Below are positions 28,901 through 41,375 of a stretch of DNA of 57,569 bases, piece by piece. The stretch lies in NCBI RefSeq assembly GCF_001194135.2, contig NC_068988.1, positions 27,626,368 to 27,683,936 of the forward strand, written 5' to 3'. A program made the translations under genes and the position numbers. Positions within the stretch are counted from its first letter, which is position 1, and each line of letters opens with the position of its first letter. The notes under the pieces were generated by a model that was not told the origin of the DNA, ran no database searches, and was given only the letters and a program-made list of their open reading frames with translations. The stretch comes from Octopus bimaculoides (taxonomy: Eukaryota).

Positions 28901-29403
28901 AATCTCCACTTAATTTCAAGTGCCACGATTAAACCCACAAACTTCATTAGATCTTGGAGTTCTTTACTCTAATCCCTAAGACTCTGTTCTGTTCAGTCTT
29001 AGCCAAAGAAATGTCATCTGAAATATAATACTGAAGATGAAGAAATACTTGTTCTAAATATTTTATGTGACAAAAAAAAAAATTGCTCAAAATTTTAAAT
29101 GATGGTAGCTGTTGTAAATAATCTTAAGAATTTAAAAGTATTTAAATTTTTAGTAATTTATATAAATATCTCTATCATAGTGAATTAGCAACAATTTATT
29201 TTGGGTTTGATTCAAATGACTATTCCTCCTTAATAAGATATATATATATATATGACCTAGATAGCTGAGTACTAGGTTAGATGTTATACCAAAATTAATT
29301 TGATACCTCATTGTTCTAAGATTAAATCTTAGGGCTTCATGATTCCAGTTTTGATAATGCCTGTATCGAAATTGTCTCCACACAAAAGGAAGTCTTCACT
29401 TCT

Positions 29404-29607
29404 TTAACCCTTTAGCATTCAGATTACTCCTCATATTTAATGCTTATTTTACTTGCATTGTTTTGAATTAATCGTGCATTATCTCGTAGCTTTGAGGTTA
29501 GAATGACATTGTAGTACAGGTGTAAGAGACTAGATCTGACTGGTTTGAGCATACAACTGGTAGAATACCTGGGTCTGACATGGTTGGTTTAAATGCTAAA
29601 GGGTTAA
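29404..29607. mobile_element. piggyBac-type MITE (TTAA target, 12-bp TIR CCCTTTAGCATT)
   Basis: TTAA-CCCTTTAGCATT ... AATGCTAAAGGG-TTAA; a related right end occurs near 9630-9655. Confidence 0.85.
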
Positions 29608-30495
29608 GGGAGAAAAAAGAGAGAGAGAATGAAATGACTATTAAGAGTTTTCCAAAAACCTTTTGTAATGTTCGCAGTGACTGACCTAATGAGAAGAATA
29701 ATTCCTTCCGTTTGTGTCTTTTAGAACATTTTGAAAGACCTGGTAAATTTCAAATACTTGAAAGTATTCATAAAAATCAAATTGACAAAGAACAGAGGAA
29801 AGTGAGCATGGTCAGATAATGCCGTCATTTCAACATTCTGAAGGCACATTGTTCTGTGGAATATATATCCACCTGATCACGACAAATGCGTTTTCTACAA
29901 TTAGTATGTGAGGGTTTGGTGTAAAAGGGAAGGTTATGGATTCTCCAACAAAGAAGATGCCATAGTTTAAGATTGGCAAATTTAGTTACAAAATTTGAGA
30001 TTGGTGGAATGTCTTGACCTTTTTTAAGATTCCTTACTGAAATATATTTAGGAGTAAGAAATCTATGGAGGATGATGATGATATGTGTTTATCTCTAATT
30101 AGCCATAAGGCAGTTCCCCAGTATGACCAAGGTCCTGTGATTGAAACCAATAAAAGATAATTATTCATCAAAAATCAATAACCAATAGTTTTACCATTTC
30201 TATACAAGGACATACAAATTAATTTTACTGTTTGTAAGATCCTACACTTTGTGGCTTGTGCATCTCCAACCTTATTCCCAGCCTCTACTTTACATTTTGA
30301 TGTAAAGAATTACAAGAAACCTGCTTTTAGTGTTGAGTCAGTTGTATTGCTTCTTAAGCTTGGCTAGCTGGCTTGCAAATGTGCATTATGCTTTATTAAT
30401 ATTTTTGTATTGTTTAATGGATTTCTGTTCTTTTGAGGTTTCTTTGAGATAAAATTCCAGTTTTTATTATTCCTGTTTTTTTTTTTACCTTTCAG

Positions 30496-30658
30496 CCCAA
30501 TAACGCGGCGGCGTATTAGAGAACGAAACACAACTCAGCGCAGTGAATCACCAGATAGAAGAGCGTTTCAACCTACAGCTGCAACAAATTGCCAGATGCA
30601 CCCTGCCTTACTGGGACACCAAAATCCCCAGCAACCAATTATGTTTGATTTGGAGCAG
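30496..30658 (+). CDS. RNF38: RNF38/RNF44-like E3 ligase, first identifiable coding exon (phase 2 start): PITRRRIRERNTTQRSESPDRRAFQPTAATNCQMHPALLGHQNPQQPIMFDLEQ
   Basis: T-rich tract + TTCAG acceptor, CAG|GTAAAA donor, open frame joining the next exon; resembles the Arg-rich SPPVRRQR...RAFHP...VMVD segment of RNF38 (recalled, not searched). Confidence 0.85.
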
Positions 30659-30943
30659 GTAAAATTTCTTTTTATGCAGTTTTTTTCTCTATTCTTGTCT
30701 AAGTTTTACTGTAAAAATTTGAAAGCTTTTTTGAATTTTAATATTTTAAATCCAATAAGCACAATTGAGGCATGGCCTGTCAACAGTATACATTTATTAT
30801 GATACATAGATGACTATTTTAATTCAAATATTCTTCTAAAAACATTTTAATGAAACAGCTTGTAGAATGATTTGAGTATAGATTAGTTTTAATTAATTCA
30901 ATATTGTAGAAGGTATTTTAGTTGAATTTTCTTTTGTTACCAG

Positions 30944-31393
30944 GTTCCAGTGTCTGCTCCTGTAACTATTGCTCCATATGCTATTCCTGTATGTACTGGC
31001 ACACATCCTAGTTCCGTGTGTACAACAGCTCACCTACCAGTGTGTGCTAGCCAGCCGACATGGTCCATTCCTCCATGCAGTGTTCCAATTCCATCATGTA
31101 GTATGCAGCACATTCCGGCCTGTAGCTTGCAACAACTTCCTCCAGGTGTAGCTGCCAGTCATCATGCAGCTCCCCCACATGCACCTCCACATCATGCTAT
31201 TCCTGCTCCACCTCCTGGAACACTGCTGCATCAGAATTCTATGGCTGCCGCTGCAGCAGCTGCTGCTGCCGCTCATGCTGCTCGACATATGTCCAGTCAA
31301 CATCATATAAATACAGCACCTGGACCACCACATCACCCGGGGCCACATCATCATCCTTCACAGTTTGCACCTAATCCGCAACCTCCACCTCAG
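30944..31393 (+). CDS. RNF38: RNF38/44-like exon, 150 codons, Pro/His/Cys-rich low-complexity region with poly-Ala (VPVSAPVTIAPYAIPVCTG...PNPQPPPQ)
   Basis: TTTTGTTACCAG acceptor, CAG|GTACGT donor, phase 0-0; matches ORF track 30950-31453; VPVS..V..AP..IP.CTG..P.CS.QH motif typical of RNF38/44. Confidence 0.92.
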
Positions 31394-31524
31394 GTACGTA
31401 TTTTACTACAATTTTATTTTCCTTTGAAATTGGAATTTGATAGTAAAAAATAAATACACACACACACTCACACACACACTCTCTCTCTCTCACACACACA
31501 CACACATTGCCAGATTGTTTGATT

Positions 31525-31876
31525 TCTTTGACGGTGTGGCTGTGTGGTTAAGAAGTTCACTGTGCAACCATGTGGTTCTGGGTTCTCTCCTTCTGCACAT
31601 CACCTTGGACAAGTATCTTTTACAATTGCCCCAAGCCAACCAAAGCTTTGTGTGAGGCATGGCCACAGTCCACTGACTGAAACAAGTAAAAGATAAAAAC
31701 TATAATTGCAACAAATATAATATAATATGGCTGCTTGATGAGAAGCTTGCTTCCCAACGACTTCGTTCCAGGTTCAGTCCCACTGCTTGGCACCTTAGGC
31801 AGGTGTCTTCTATAGCCTTGGGACTCACCAAAGTCTTGTGAGTGAATTTGGTAGAAAGAAACTGAAAGAAGCCCAT

Positions 31877-31947
<71 letters not shown>

Positions 31948-32160
31948 ACCTTGGTCTCTGTGTTTGTCCCCCACCACTTCTTGGCAACTGGTGTTGGTAT
32001 GTTTCTGTCCCTGTAACTTAGCAGTTCGGCAAAAGAGACTGATAGAATGAGTACTAGGCTTTAAAAAAAATATAAGTGCTGGGGTTGAATCATTCAACTA
32101 AGAAATTCTTCAAGACACTGCCCCAGCATGGCCGCAGTCTAATGACTGAATCAAGTAAGA
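31525..32160 (+). mobile_element. Two family-A SINE copies head-to-tail in an RNF38-like intron
   Basis: Heads near 31533 and 31735 match the 43182 copy. Confidence 0.8.
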
Positions 32161-32261
32161 GAGAAACGATAATTGATATTGCATGATTCACTTTGTTGTT
32201 ATTGGTCTCCATATTAAAATGAATTGAATCGTTTAAACAATTTCCTTGTTTTGTTTTGCAG

Positions 32262-32408
32262 CCAGATGATGATGTACAGATAATCACAGAACATCGCCCA
32301 ACATATTCATTAACTACTCCTGTGCACCATGTCTCTCCTCTCAATCCCTCACCACCAATTATGCTCCAGGAACCATCAACACTTCACCCAGCAACACAAG
32401 ACATTTAT
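32262..32408 (+). CDS. RNF38: RNF38/44-like exon, 49 codons (PDDDVQIITEHRPT...HPATQDIY)
   Basis: TTTTGTTTTGCAG acceptor, TAT|GTAAGT donor, phase 0-0. Confidence 0.88.
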
Positions 32409-32833
32409 GTAAGTAATTCTACTACACCAACTTTCTAGGCACTGTTGGTCTGCAACCTCTTACGGTCCACTCTAATTTCCACTAATGTATAGTTATCCGT
32501 ATTTCATTTAATCATTTAGGTAAATTTTAACTTTGAGTACTTTAGTGTATGTTGACCAAAGTGATCCCTGCTTTGGAAAAAGTCAGTACTCCAAAAAGGT
32601 TTTGAAATCAATGGTCCCAGAAAACTGATGTTGTGCCTGTATCCAAGTTGATTTGACAGACTCCTGTAAACAAGCAAAAGCCTTTCCATTATTTCTTTCT
32701 CTTTTGCTGATTGTGTTTTTAATATTCCTGTCTTTTGTATGAAGTAATTAAAATTGTACAACTATAAAATTTAACTCTTATTTATTACCAGAAATTCCGA
32801 TGTATTAGTTTTTGTCTTCTCTTTGTATTGTAG

Positions 32834-32943
32834 GATCAGTTTTCGCGATTATATCCCCGGCGGGCTCTCAGTAGAAACCGAATGCGTGCTTTTGCCCCGG
32901 CGCCCCCACCCACTGCCTACCCTGGCTTTCTACTTCATTTCTT
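32834..32943 (+). CDS. RNF38: RNF38/44-like exon (DQFSRLYPRRALSRNRMRAFAPAPPPTAYPGFLLHFL), phase 0-2
   Basis: TTTGTATTGTAG acceptor, TT|GTAAGT donor; similar to the RNF38 segment PRRLTGRSRYR...PPPYHPSLLPYVL. Confidence 0.88.
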
Positions 32944-33434
32944 GTAAGTTAAATGATTGTTGTTCACCATATCATCAATGATAAAATCTTAATTAAAGTG
33001 TAATTTACCTACCAGATTTATTTATATAATTTGCACTTTCCATGAAAAAAAACCCTGATAAGTGTGATTTCTAAAATGTTGACTTACAGCAACTGCACCA
33101 GTAAAGCTCAAAAATTTTTTTTGTTTTTATTCCATTTTATAGAGTAATTATAATAAATCAGACTAATCACACCTTTACTATAAGTTGAAATACTAACACT
33201 CACTGTATATTATATACAAGGCAATGTGTTCTCTAATTTTTAGTAGTCAGTGTGTACAAAAATCCTATGTTGTACAAATCATCGTCATTTAACAAAATGT
33301 ATGTACATAGCTTAGAGATAACGGTGCACAATTTAATTTTTTTTTTTTAATATTTTCTCTCTCAAAATTTCATTGCTCCTTTTTGTTACTTATATAGATA
33401 TGATATTTAGTTACTGTCTTTCAGACTTCAGTTT

Positions 33435-33646
33435 TTAACCCTTTCGTTACTGTATTTATTCTGAGATGCTCTGTGTTTCTTTCAATTACTTTAAATATAA
33501 CAAAGAATTTAGTAAAATAGCTTAGTTATCATTCAGCTGGTGTTAGGAACATAAATTGTGACTAAGGTTTGGTGGAAGATTTTAATTCAAAACTTATGAA
33601 AACAAGACATTTGTACTCAGAGCCGGGTTGGTAATGAAAAGGTTAA
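33435..33646. mobile_element. Second piggyBac-type MITE family (TIR CCCTTTCGTTAC)
   Basis: TTAA-CCCTTTCGTTAC ... GTAATGAAAAGG-TTAA (2 mismatches). Confidence 0.75.
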
Positions 33647-33701
33647 ACAGATCTGCTTTGAAACTGTTCTTAGGCTCATTTTCTTCTTTTTCTTTTTTTA
33701 G

Positions 33702-33786
33702 AGCAATGTTGGGCAACCCACCCATGCCAGCTACATATAATGTTGAACTGAATGAGGATGCTGCTGCTGAAGTGGAAAATTATGAG
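33702..33786 (+). CDS. RNF38: RNF38/44-like exon (AMLGNPPMPATYNVELNEDAAAEVENYE), phase 2-0
   Basis: Long pyrimidine tract + TTTAG, GAG|GTAGAT donor; ends in the conserved EVENYE motif. Confidence 0.92.
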
Positions 33787-33889
33787 GTAGATTACCATGG
33801 ATTATTACCATACAACTAACCTAATTACTATCAAAACTGTGTCAAATGAAAGTTCTAGAATATGTTAGAACTTGAATAATTCTTCCCTC

Positions 33890-34245
33890 TCATTTCATCA
33901 TTGTTTTAACATCCTCTTTCCCATGTTTGCTTGGAGCAGATTTTCTATGACTTGATGCCCTTCCTGTCACCAACCATTCCTTGTTTCCAAGCAAGGGTGA
34001 TATTTCTCCATGGCCAGACGAGTTTTCGCAGAATATTGGAAATGAATACCATTCATTTACAACAATGTCAAGACAAAGAAATACATACACATATACATGC
34101 GATGGGCTTCTTTTAGTTTCCATCCAGCAAATCTACTCATGAGGCTTTAGTCCATCCGAGATGTCATGCATTAGCATTGAACCTGAAACCATGTGCTTGG
34201 GAAGCAAACTTGTTAACCATACAGCTGTGCTTGTGCCTATTACAA
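33890..34245 (-). mobile_element. Antisense family-A SINE composite in intron
   Basis: Reverse complement matches the SINE head and the GAAGGGCATC-containing tail. Confidence 0.7.
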
Positions 34246-34291
34246 ACCACACCCGTGCCTCTCTTTGTATATGAAAAGCTAGTTTTAAAAT

Positions 34292-34329
<38 letters not shown>

Positions 34330-34949
34330 AGAGGTATGGTTTAAATTGTAATTATTAGATGTAACCTTGTGAAACTTAATACAAGAAGGATTAAATAAAA
34401 CATACTAATTATTTCAAAGTTGTCTGGACAAAATTCTAATATTAATTGTAACCAAGTGTTCAATGAGAAAGATGTATATATACTGTATTTGACAGCATAT
34501 ATGGTTCACTTCCTTTCAAAACAACAGAAAAGTCTTAAAATATTACCCTGTGCCCTGTGTGAAGTTGGGCCTTCCATAAGCTTTAATTCACTAAAACCCA
34601 TTTTTCCTTGATTATGCACTGCTGAAATTAGGGTGCATCTAATACACCTGTGCAGCTTTTATGTCATGAAATGCGATATATATTATTTTATATTAGCCTA
34701 TATGATTGTTTAATATTAATTTGTTATATAGATGTTTAGTCAGTGTGTGTGTGTGTGTGTTGAATCTCTTTTTCAATGTATAGCAAGTGCAGACTACAGT
34801 CTTATGAGTAGTCAAATCTTGGATCTAGTGCTGTGAACACCAAGGTGGACAATTCCCTCTACTGTAGATATATTCTTATTTTCATTAGACTCTGACTGGC
34901 ACACAGGACTTCAGATTACAAATACACAATACTGGCTTCTGGCACCACT

Positions 34950-35355
34950 CAGTCTGTCATCATCTTCATCATTGTTATTTCGCCCACTTTTCCATGCCTG
35001 TATGGGATGGGTCAGACAGTATCCATTGAGGCAGATTTTCTGCTGTCAGATACCTTTCCTGTCACTAACCTTCATCTGTTTATAAGTAATATGATATTTC
35101 CCTATGGCCAGAGATGTTTTCATTGAGGATTAGAAACGGACACTGTTGTATGACAGTAACACTTGTTTACAACTGTCATGCGCTGTCAGCACAAGGTGAC
35201 ACCAGTTCTCTCTCACATGTGTATACACACGCGCGCACACACAAATTCATAAGGCATTGGTTGACCCTTGGCTATGGTAGAAGAAACTTGCCCAAGGTGC
35301 TATGTTTCTGAACCCAGAAACATGTGATTGGGAAGGAAGTTTCTTAACCACAGTC
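34950..35355 (-). mobile_element. Antisense family-A SINE composite in intron
   Basis: As above. Confidence 0.7.
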
Positions 35356-35448
35356 ACAAATTCTTCTTCTCATATGTATACCTCTCTTTCACTCCCCCAT
35401 CTTAATTAGTTATGATTAATCAAAATTATCTTTGGTTTTATTTTCTAG

Positions 35449-35733
<285 letters not shown>

Positions 35734-36235
35734 TGATATATTTAGTAATACTCTGTAACACGTCTAATTAATGTTTGTTACAGAAGTAAAGTTTTATATA
35801 AAATGTCAGCAATAAGTAAGAAAAAAAAATGATCAACTTTGTAATAGTCTTTAATAGTTTTTTTCACCCTTTGCCTGTCCAAAGTATTTTCATAAGTTTA
35901 TCGTAAATGTCCATGCTTGTTTTCAGACTCTTCTTCCATACATTCTGTGTAATATAAAGTTTTCCTTTAAATCCCAAGTTACTGCAGTGGTTGAAAAATA
36001 TTGGGAATGTGTATCACATATGATGCATGGATACCAGAGCAATGTGTCTTGTGTATCTCATGTGATATTCAGGACAGGCAAAAGTCAATTTGGTTAGAGT
36101 AAAACTGTATCTATGGTAAATTATACTGTTTAATGTATTACAGCTTTGATCTTTTCTAAATTTTGTTATGAAAATGAAATACTGCCTAGCGTATTCCTAT
36201 GTCTTTACAATGGCTTTATTGTTTTGCTGTTTCAG

Positions 36236-36298
36236 ACAAATCGGACATGCCCAATATGCCGAGCTGATGCTTCAGAGGTTGTGAATCAAGGAGATTGA
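36236..36298 (+). CDS. RNF38: Last coding exon TNRTCPICRADASEVVNQGD* (last two RING Cys)
   Basis: TTTTGCTGTTTCAG acceptor; NRTCPICRADASEV matches the RNF38/44 C-terminus; TGA at 36296-36298. Confidence 0.96.
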   Translation, partial: TNRTCPICRADASEVVNQGD

Positions 36299-38850
36299 AT
36301 ATACTATCCCCAATAAACTATGGCAATATCAGTTTCTGTTCATAATATTTCATCTGCCTCATTACCATTGTTATTGGCAATATTGTTTGCTTTTCTACAA
36401 TGAACTGACTTAACATTACTGTACAACTACTAAAAGCATCTAACTATATCTATGCCAGCAACCAGACCAGTTAAACAGCTATCCAGCATAATTTGTTTAG
36501 AAAGACAGTTTCTGGTTTACTTCAGAAACACATTAAACACAAGCATACAAGTACACATTAACACTAAAACATACACATTTGTGCTTCAATATCGTTTTGC
36601 ACGACTCGCTACCCCCAGCCAACTCTTTTGTTTGTAATTTGCTCATCCTTGACTCGTGCGTGCATGCATGTGTGAATGTCGTGTGAGTAAGCACGCGCTA
36701 CATCAGACTAAATAAAGGTATGCATCATGCATGATTGATAAAACAGATAAAAAAAAAAATCCTGCAGTGTTGGCTTTATAACCAGAATGTGAAGTTTGTC
36801 CAACATGCTGTAATCTAAGAACTTAATCAAAAGAAATACCCCTTTCCCCTCCCCCATCCCATTTCTTGTATGGCCGTCTCTCTTTGTGAAAGACAAGGCC
36901 ACTTCATCTTTCTATAACTTTTTGTGATAAGTATTGCGAAAAGCAAAATGATGCAGTACCTGGCTTTCTGGATAAATGCAAGATGCAGTTATACACAAAT
37001 AGCAATGGTCTTCAGTGCCTATGGAGCAGTACTTGGTTAATAATATAATCTCATACCTCCAATGTGAATCTTGTTAAATCTTCTAATGTTTGGAGACAGA
37101 GAAACTGCAATGTCTGAGAGCTCTCATGTGTACTGAGCTGTGCAAACTTAACCCTGTAATAAAACATGAAAAACCTAGCCTTTGGAATATTAATGAATTC
37201 TTGGTTTTCTTTTACTTATCTCTTTGATTTCTTCTCTACTTCTTGCTTACTAAATTAGAATTAACCTCGACTTTACCGATATTTATCTCTTACCAAAAAC
37301 AGCCCTGCAAGTCAAATCCCTTCTTTTTCCGAAACCACTTTATACTCGTTGCTAATATTTTTTTGTACAATATTACATTAGAAATTATTGAGTTGAGAAT
37401 TTCTTCCGCAACTGTTTTATTTCTTGCTGTTTTAATATAATAGCACTAATTATAATCAGTTACATAATGTTCCTCCAAAATAAAAACAAAAAGAAAAAAA
37501 AACAGAGCTGCTTTTACAATTAACAGCTTCGAAATTGTTTATAACTAGTTAGGAAATTGTCAGTTATAAAATTTCACTCTGTTTAGAGAATCAACAGAAC
37601 TTTTTCAGTGACTTTGTTTCCTTTCCTTTTGACATACACTTCATAATTAACGTGATATACCCACTGTATTCTTTTCTTATCCTTTTATATCTCATCTTAG
37701 ATAAATTTCCAAAAGCTAATTCCCCCTTTTAGCACATGCTGCTCTAGTTTGGATTCTTTCATTGTGACCAGATTAAGCAGGTAGAGAACAGTCCTGCCTC
37801 TCTCTCACCCCATTTTGAAATTGTATTATTTCTCAGGAAAATCTTTTCAATGTATTCCCTATGGGCTCAATTTTTTTTTTTTTTTTCTTGTATTAAAAAA
37901 AAAAGAAAGAAAAATCAATAAATTACACTTAATTGTTGTTAAATAAAGTGGGCAAAAGTAGCTGTTGATTGTCACCACTGGGAATATTTTGTTAAACTTG
38001 ATTCTTACACATGTTAAGGTCGTCTACAATTATATCGAGTGAAACCAAGTTTTCAGAGATCCTTTCGTTGCCACATGATTTGGAACATTCTGCTTTGGTA
38101 GAATATGTGTGCTATAGAATTATTTTAGGATGATAATAGCTATACTGGATAATAAAGTACTAGGAGACCATTCCATGCCTATCCATCTTTGAATATTTGA
38201 ACATGTAAGAGAACAATGTGTGTATATAATATAGAAATATATTTATAAATATATATACATATATTTATATATAAATATATTTATAAATTTATATATATAT
38301 ATTTATTTATAAATATATATATTTATATATAAATATATTTATAAATTTATATATATTTATTTATAAATATATATATATTTATTTATATATAAATGTATTT
38401 GCTATATAAATATGTATATATTTATATGTAAATATATTTCTTATATATAAATGTATTTGTTATATAGATATGTATATATTTATATAGATGCACACTGTGT
38501 GCGCATACATTAATCCACATAGATATACAAATTATGAAAGATAGGAAATATATATTAAGAGTTTGTACATGTTGTGTATGTATGTATATATCTATATGTG
38601 TGTGTGTGTGTGTACATGTAACATAGTAATGTATATTTGTGTGTATATGAATAAATATACACATACATTATATATCAACTTATATAACAGCTGTGGACTG
38701 AATCTTTATTACAAATGCAACTTAGGAATGATTTATTAAAGGAAGATATTGTAGATTTGCAGTTTCTGTTTTAATTTATGAAAAGTTAAGCGCTACAGTA
38801 AGATTTAATTTACAATTATAGCAAATAAACATTGTTTGTTTTATCAAAAT
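36299..38850 (+). other. Probable long 3' UTR of the RNF38-like gene; distal AATAAA at 38824-38829
   Basis: About 2.5 kb free of SINE/LINE insertions after the stop codon, U/A-rich, AATAAA followed by a T/G-rich tract; several upstream AATAAA could be alternative ends. Confidence 0.45.
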
Positions 38851-39461
38851 TTGTTAAAATTTTAATTGAATCATATTATAATGTTTTGGTCCATTTGAAC
38901 CTTTTTAGAATGTTCTAAATTAAGTTTCGATAGTTTTACTAATATTCTCTCCTAAATAATGGTACATAGCCCCAAGTTGTCTTTTCTTTCTTCTGAAAAA
39001 TGTTGACAATACCCCTTGTAAAATATAACTGTGCTGAGATTGGCAATATCGGTGTGTGTTGGCATAGATTTGGTGACGTGCCTTCTGGTAATAAGGGTTG
39101 AATTCCTGGAAGCAGCCAATTAGTTATGAACAGTTTATCACCTGCTTTATTTAATCAAGACTTCAGATTGGGTAGCTGGAGTTATTATATATACTCATGC
39201 AGAAAATGCTCACTAACAAAATGTGCACACTTGCTGACCCTAGTTGGGAATTTCTGTCAAAGTTTCCGTTTCTTCTGTTTTCTAGGACTTTTCCTCTCTC
39301 ATTTTTTTTTTTTTCCTTTTTTTTTTTCTTTTTCTTTTTCCCAAGTCTTTCTCTTGTAAAATTCTTTCTCCCCCCAGCTATCAACTTCCCAAACCCTGCT
39401 GCTCTGATTTTAATTTAGCTGTTTGGAACGGATGCTTTTAAAAAAATAATAATAAGAGTGT

Positions 39462-40076
39462 NNNNNNNNNNNNNNNNNNNNNNNNNNNNNNNNNNNNNNN
39501 NNNNNNNNNNNNNNNNNNNNNNNNNNNNNNNNNNNNNNNNNNNNNNNNNNNNNNNNNNNNNNNNNNNNNNNNNNNNNNNNNNNNNNNNNNNNNNNNNNNN
39601 NNNNNNNNNNNNNNNNNNNNNNNNNNNNNNNNNNNNNNNNNNNNNNNNNNNNNNNNNNNNNNNNNNNNNNNNNNNNNNNNNNNNNNNNNNNNNNNNNNNN
39701 NNNNNNNNNNNNNNNNNNNNNNNNNNNNNNNNNNNNNNNNNNNNNNNNNNNNNNNNNNNNNNNNNNNNNNNNNNNNNNNNNNNNNNNNNNNNNNNNNNNN
39801 NNNNNNNNNNNNNNNNNNNNNNNNNNNNNNNNNNNNNNNNNNNNNNNNNNNNNNNNNNNNNNNNNNNNNNNNNNNNNNNNNNNNNNNNNNNNNNNNNNNN
39901 NNNNNNNNNNNNNNNNNNNNNNNNNNNNNNNNNNNNNNNNNNNNNNNNNNNNNNNNNNNNNNNNNNNNNNNNNNNNNNNNNNNNNNNNNNNNNNNNNNNN
40001 NNNNNNNNNNNNNNNNNNNNNNNNNNNNNNNNNNNNNNNNNNNNNNNNNNNNNNNNNNNNNNNNNNNNNNNNNNNN
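39462..40076. other. Assembly gap
   Basis: N run. Confidence 1.
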
Positions 40077-40385
40077 GTGTTTATTGAGCGAAAACACCTA
40101 AAGCTCCACGAAGCTCGGGCAGGTGATGGTAACGAACCCTGCTGTACTCTTCCACCACAACTTTCTCTCACTCTTACTGCCTGTTTCTGTTGTGCCTGTA
40201 ATTCAAAGGGTCACCCTTGTCACACTGTGTCACGCTGAATATCCCTGAGAACTATGTTAAAGGTACACGTGTCTGTGGAGTGCTCAGCCACTTGCACGTT
40301 AATTTCACAAGCAGGCTGTTCAGTTGATCGGATCAACTGGAACCCTTGACGTCGTAAGCGACGGAGTGCCAAAAACAACAACCTG
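40077..40385 (+). mobile_element. Family-D repeat/SINE body (second copy with tRNA-like head at 49850-50270)
   Basis: GTCTGTGGAGTRCTCAGCCACTTG...CAAGCAGGCTGTT is shared by both copies. Confidence 0.7.
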
Positions 40386-40844
40386 ATTCCATTGGATGAA
40401 TATCCATCCTCTGGTTGGTTATTTAGTGAAATATAGAAATGTTTCATAGCATGTTGGGCAATAACTGAGAAATGATAGTTGATAAGGAAGGTCTCCAGAT
40501 CTGTGTTGGTTATTTCGTGGAACATAAGGAAAATTGTTTCTATAACATCTCTGATGGATGATGCAGAGTTGTGGCTAATAAGGAAGGGTTCTTACAGGAT
40601 TCTTTTTTTTTATGTTTTATTATAGTTTCATTAATAGGTGCAGATATAGCTGTGGTTTAAGCTACTTGATTCCCAGTCGTGGTTTTAGGTTCAGTCCCAC
40701 TGTGCGGCACCTTGGGCAAATGTCTTCTGTTATAGCCCAGCGCGGACCAAACAAAGCCCTGTGAATGTATTTGGTTGCAAAACTGTGTGGAATCTCATTG
40801 TTTGTGTGTGCTCTTGTCTAGATATGTAATGGTTGTAAATGAGT

Positions 40845-40876
<32 letters not shown>

Positions 40877-41070
40877 ACAAGCGGGGGTGGTTTAATCCCA
40901 GTCTTCTGTTTAAAACTTGTTCAGCCATGAGGAAATATTACCTTTCTTGGAAACGAGTGAGAGTTGGTGACAGGAAGGGCATCCAGCTGTAGACAATCTG
41001 CCTCAACAAATTCCATCTGACCCATGCAAGCATGGAAAAATGGTCATTAAATGATGATTATTATTCATTA

Positions 41071-41375
41071 TCATCATCATTGTTTAACGTCCGCTTTCCA
41101 TGCTAGCATGGGTTGGACGATTTGACTGAGGACTGGTGAAACCAGATGGCTACACCAGGCTCCAATCTGATTTGGCAGAGTTTCTGCAGCTGGATGCCCT
41201 TCCTAACGCCAACCACTCTGAGAATGTAGTGGGTGCTTTTATGTGCCACTGGCACGAAGGCCAATCAGGCGGTACTGGCAACAGCCATGCTCAAAATGGT
41301 GTATTTTACGTGCCACCTGCATAGGAGCCAGTCCAGCGGGACTGGCATCGACCTCGCTCGAATGTCTTTTCACGT
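41071..41375 (-). mobile_element. RTE 3' UTR copy
   Basis: Near-identical to 44085-44330 and 57340-57569. Confidence 0.85.

Noticed and set aside
32834-32943. High CpG density in this exon
   Set aside because: Largely explained by Arg/Pro/Ala codons; the sample is too small.
38221-38600. Cluster of Pumilio-like TGTAHATA motifs
   Set aside because: Expected by chance in (TA)n-rich sequence.
39410-40171. Long ORFs spanning X runs (also 5572, 25604, 44788-45952, 54199-54951)
   Set aside because: Open only because they cross assembly gaps.
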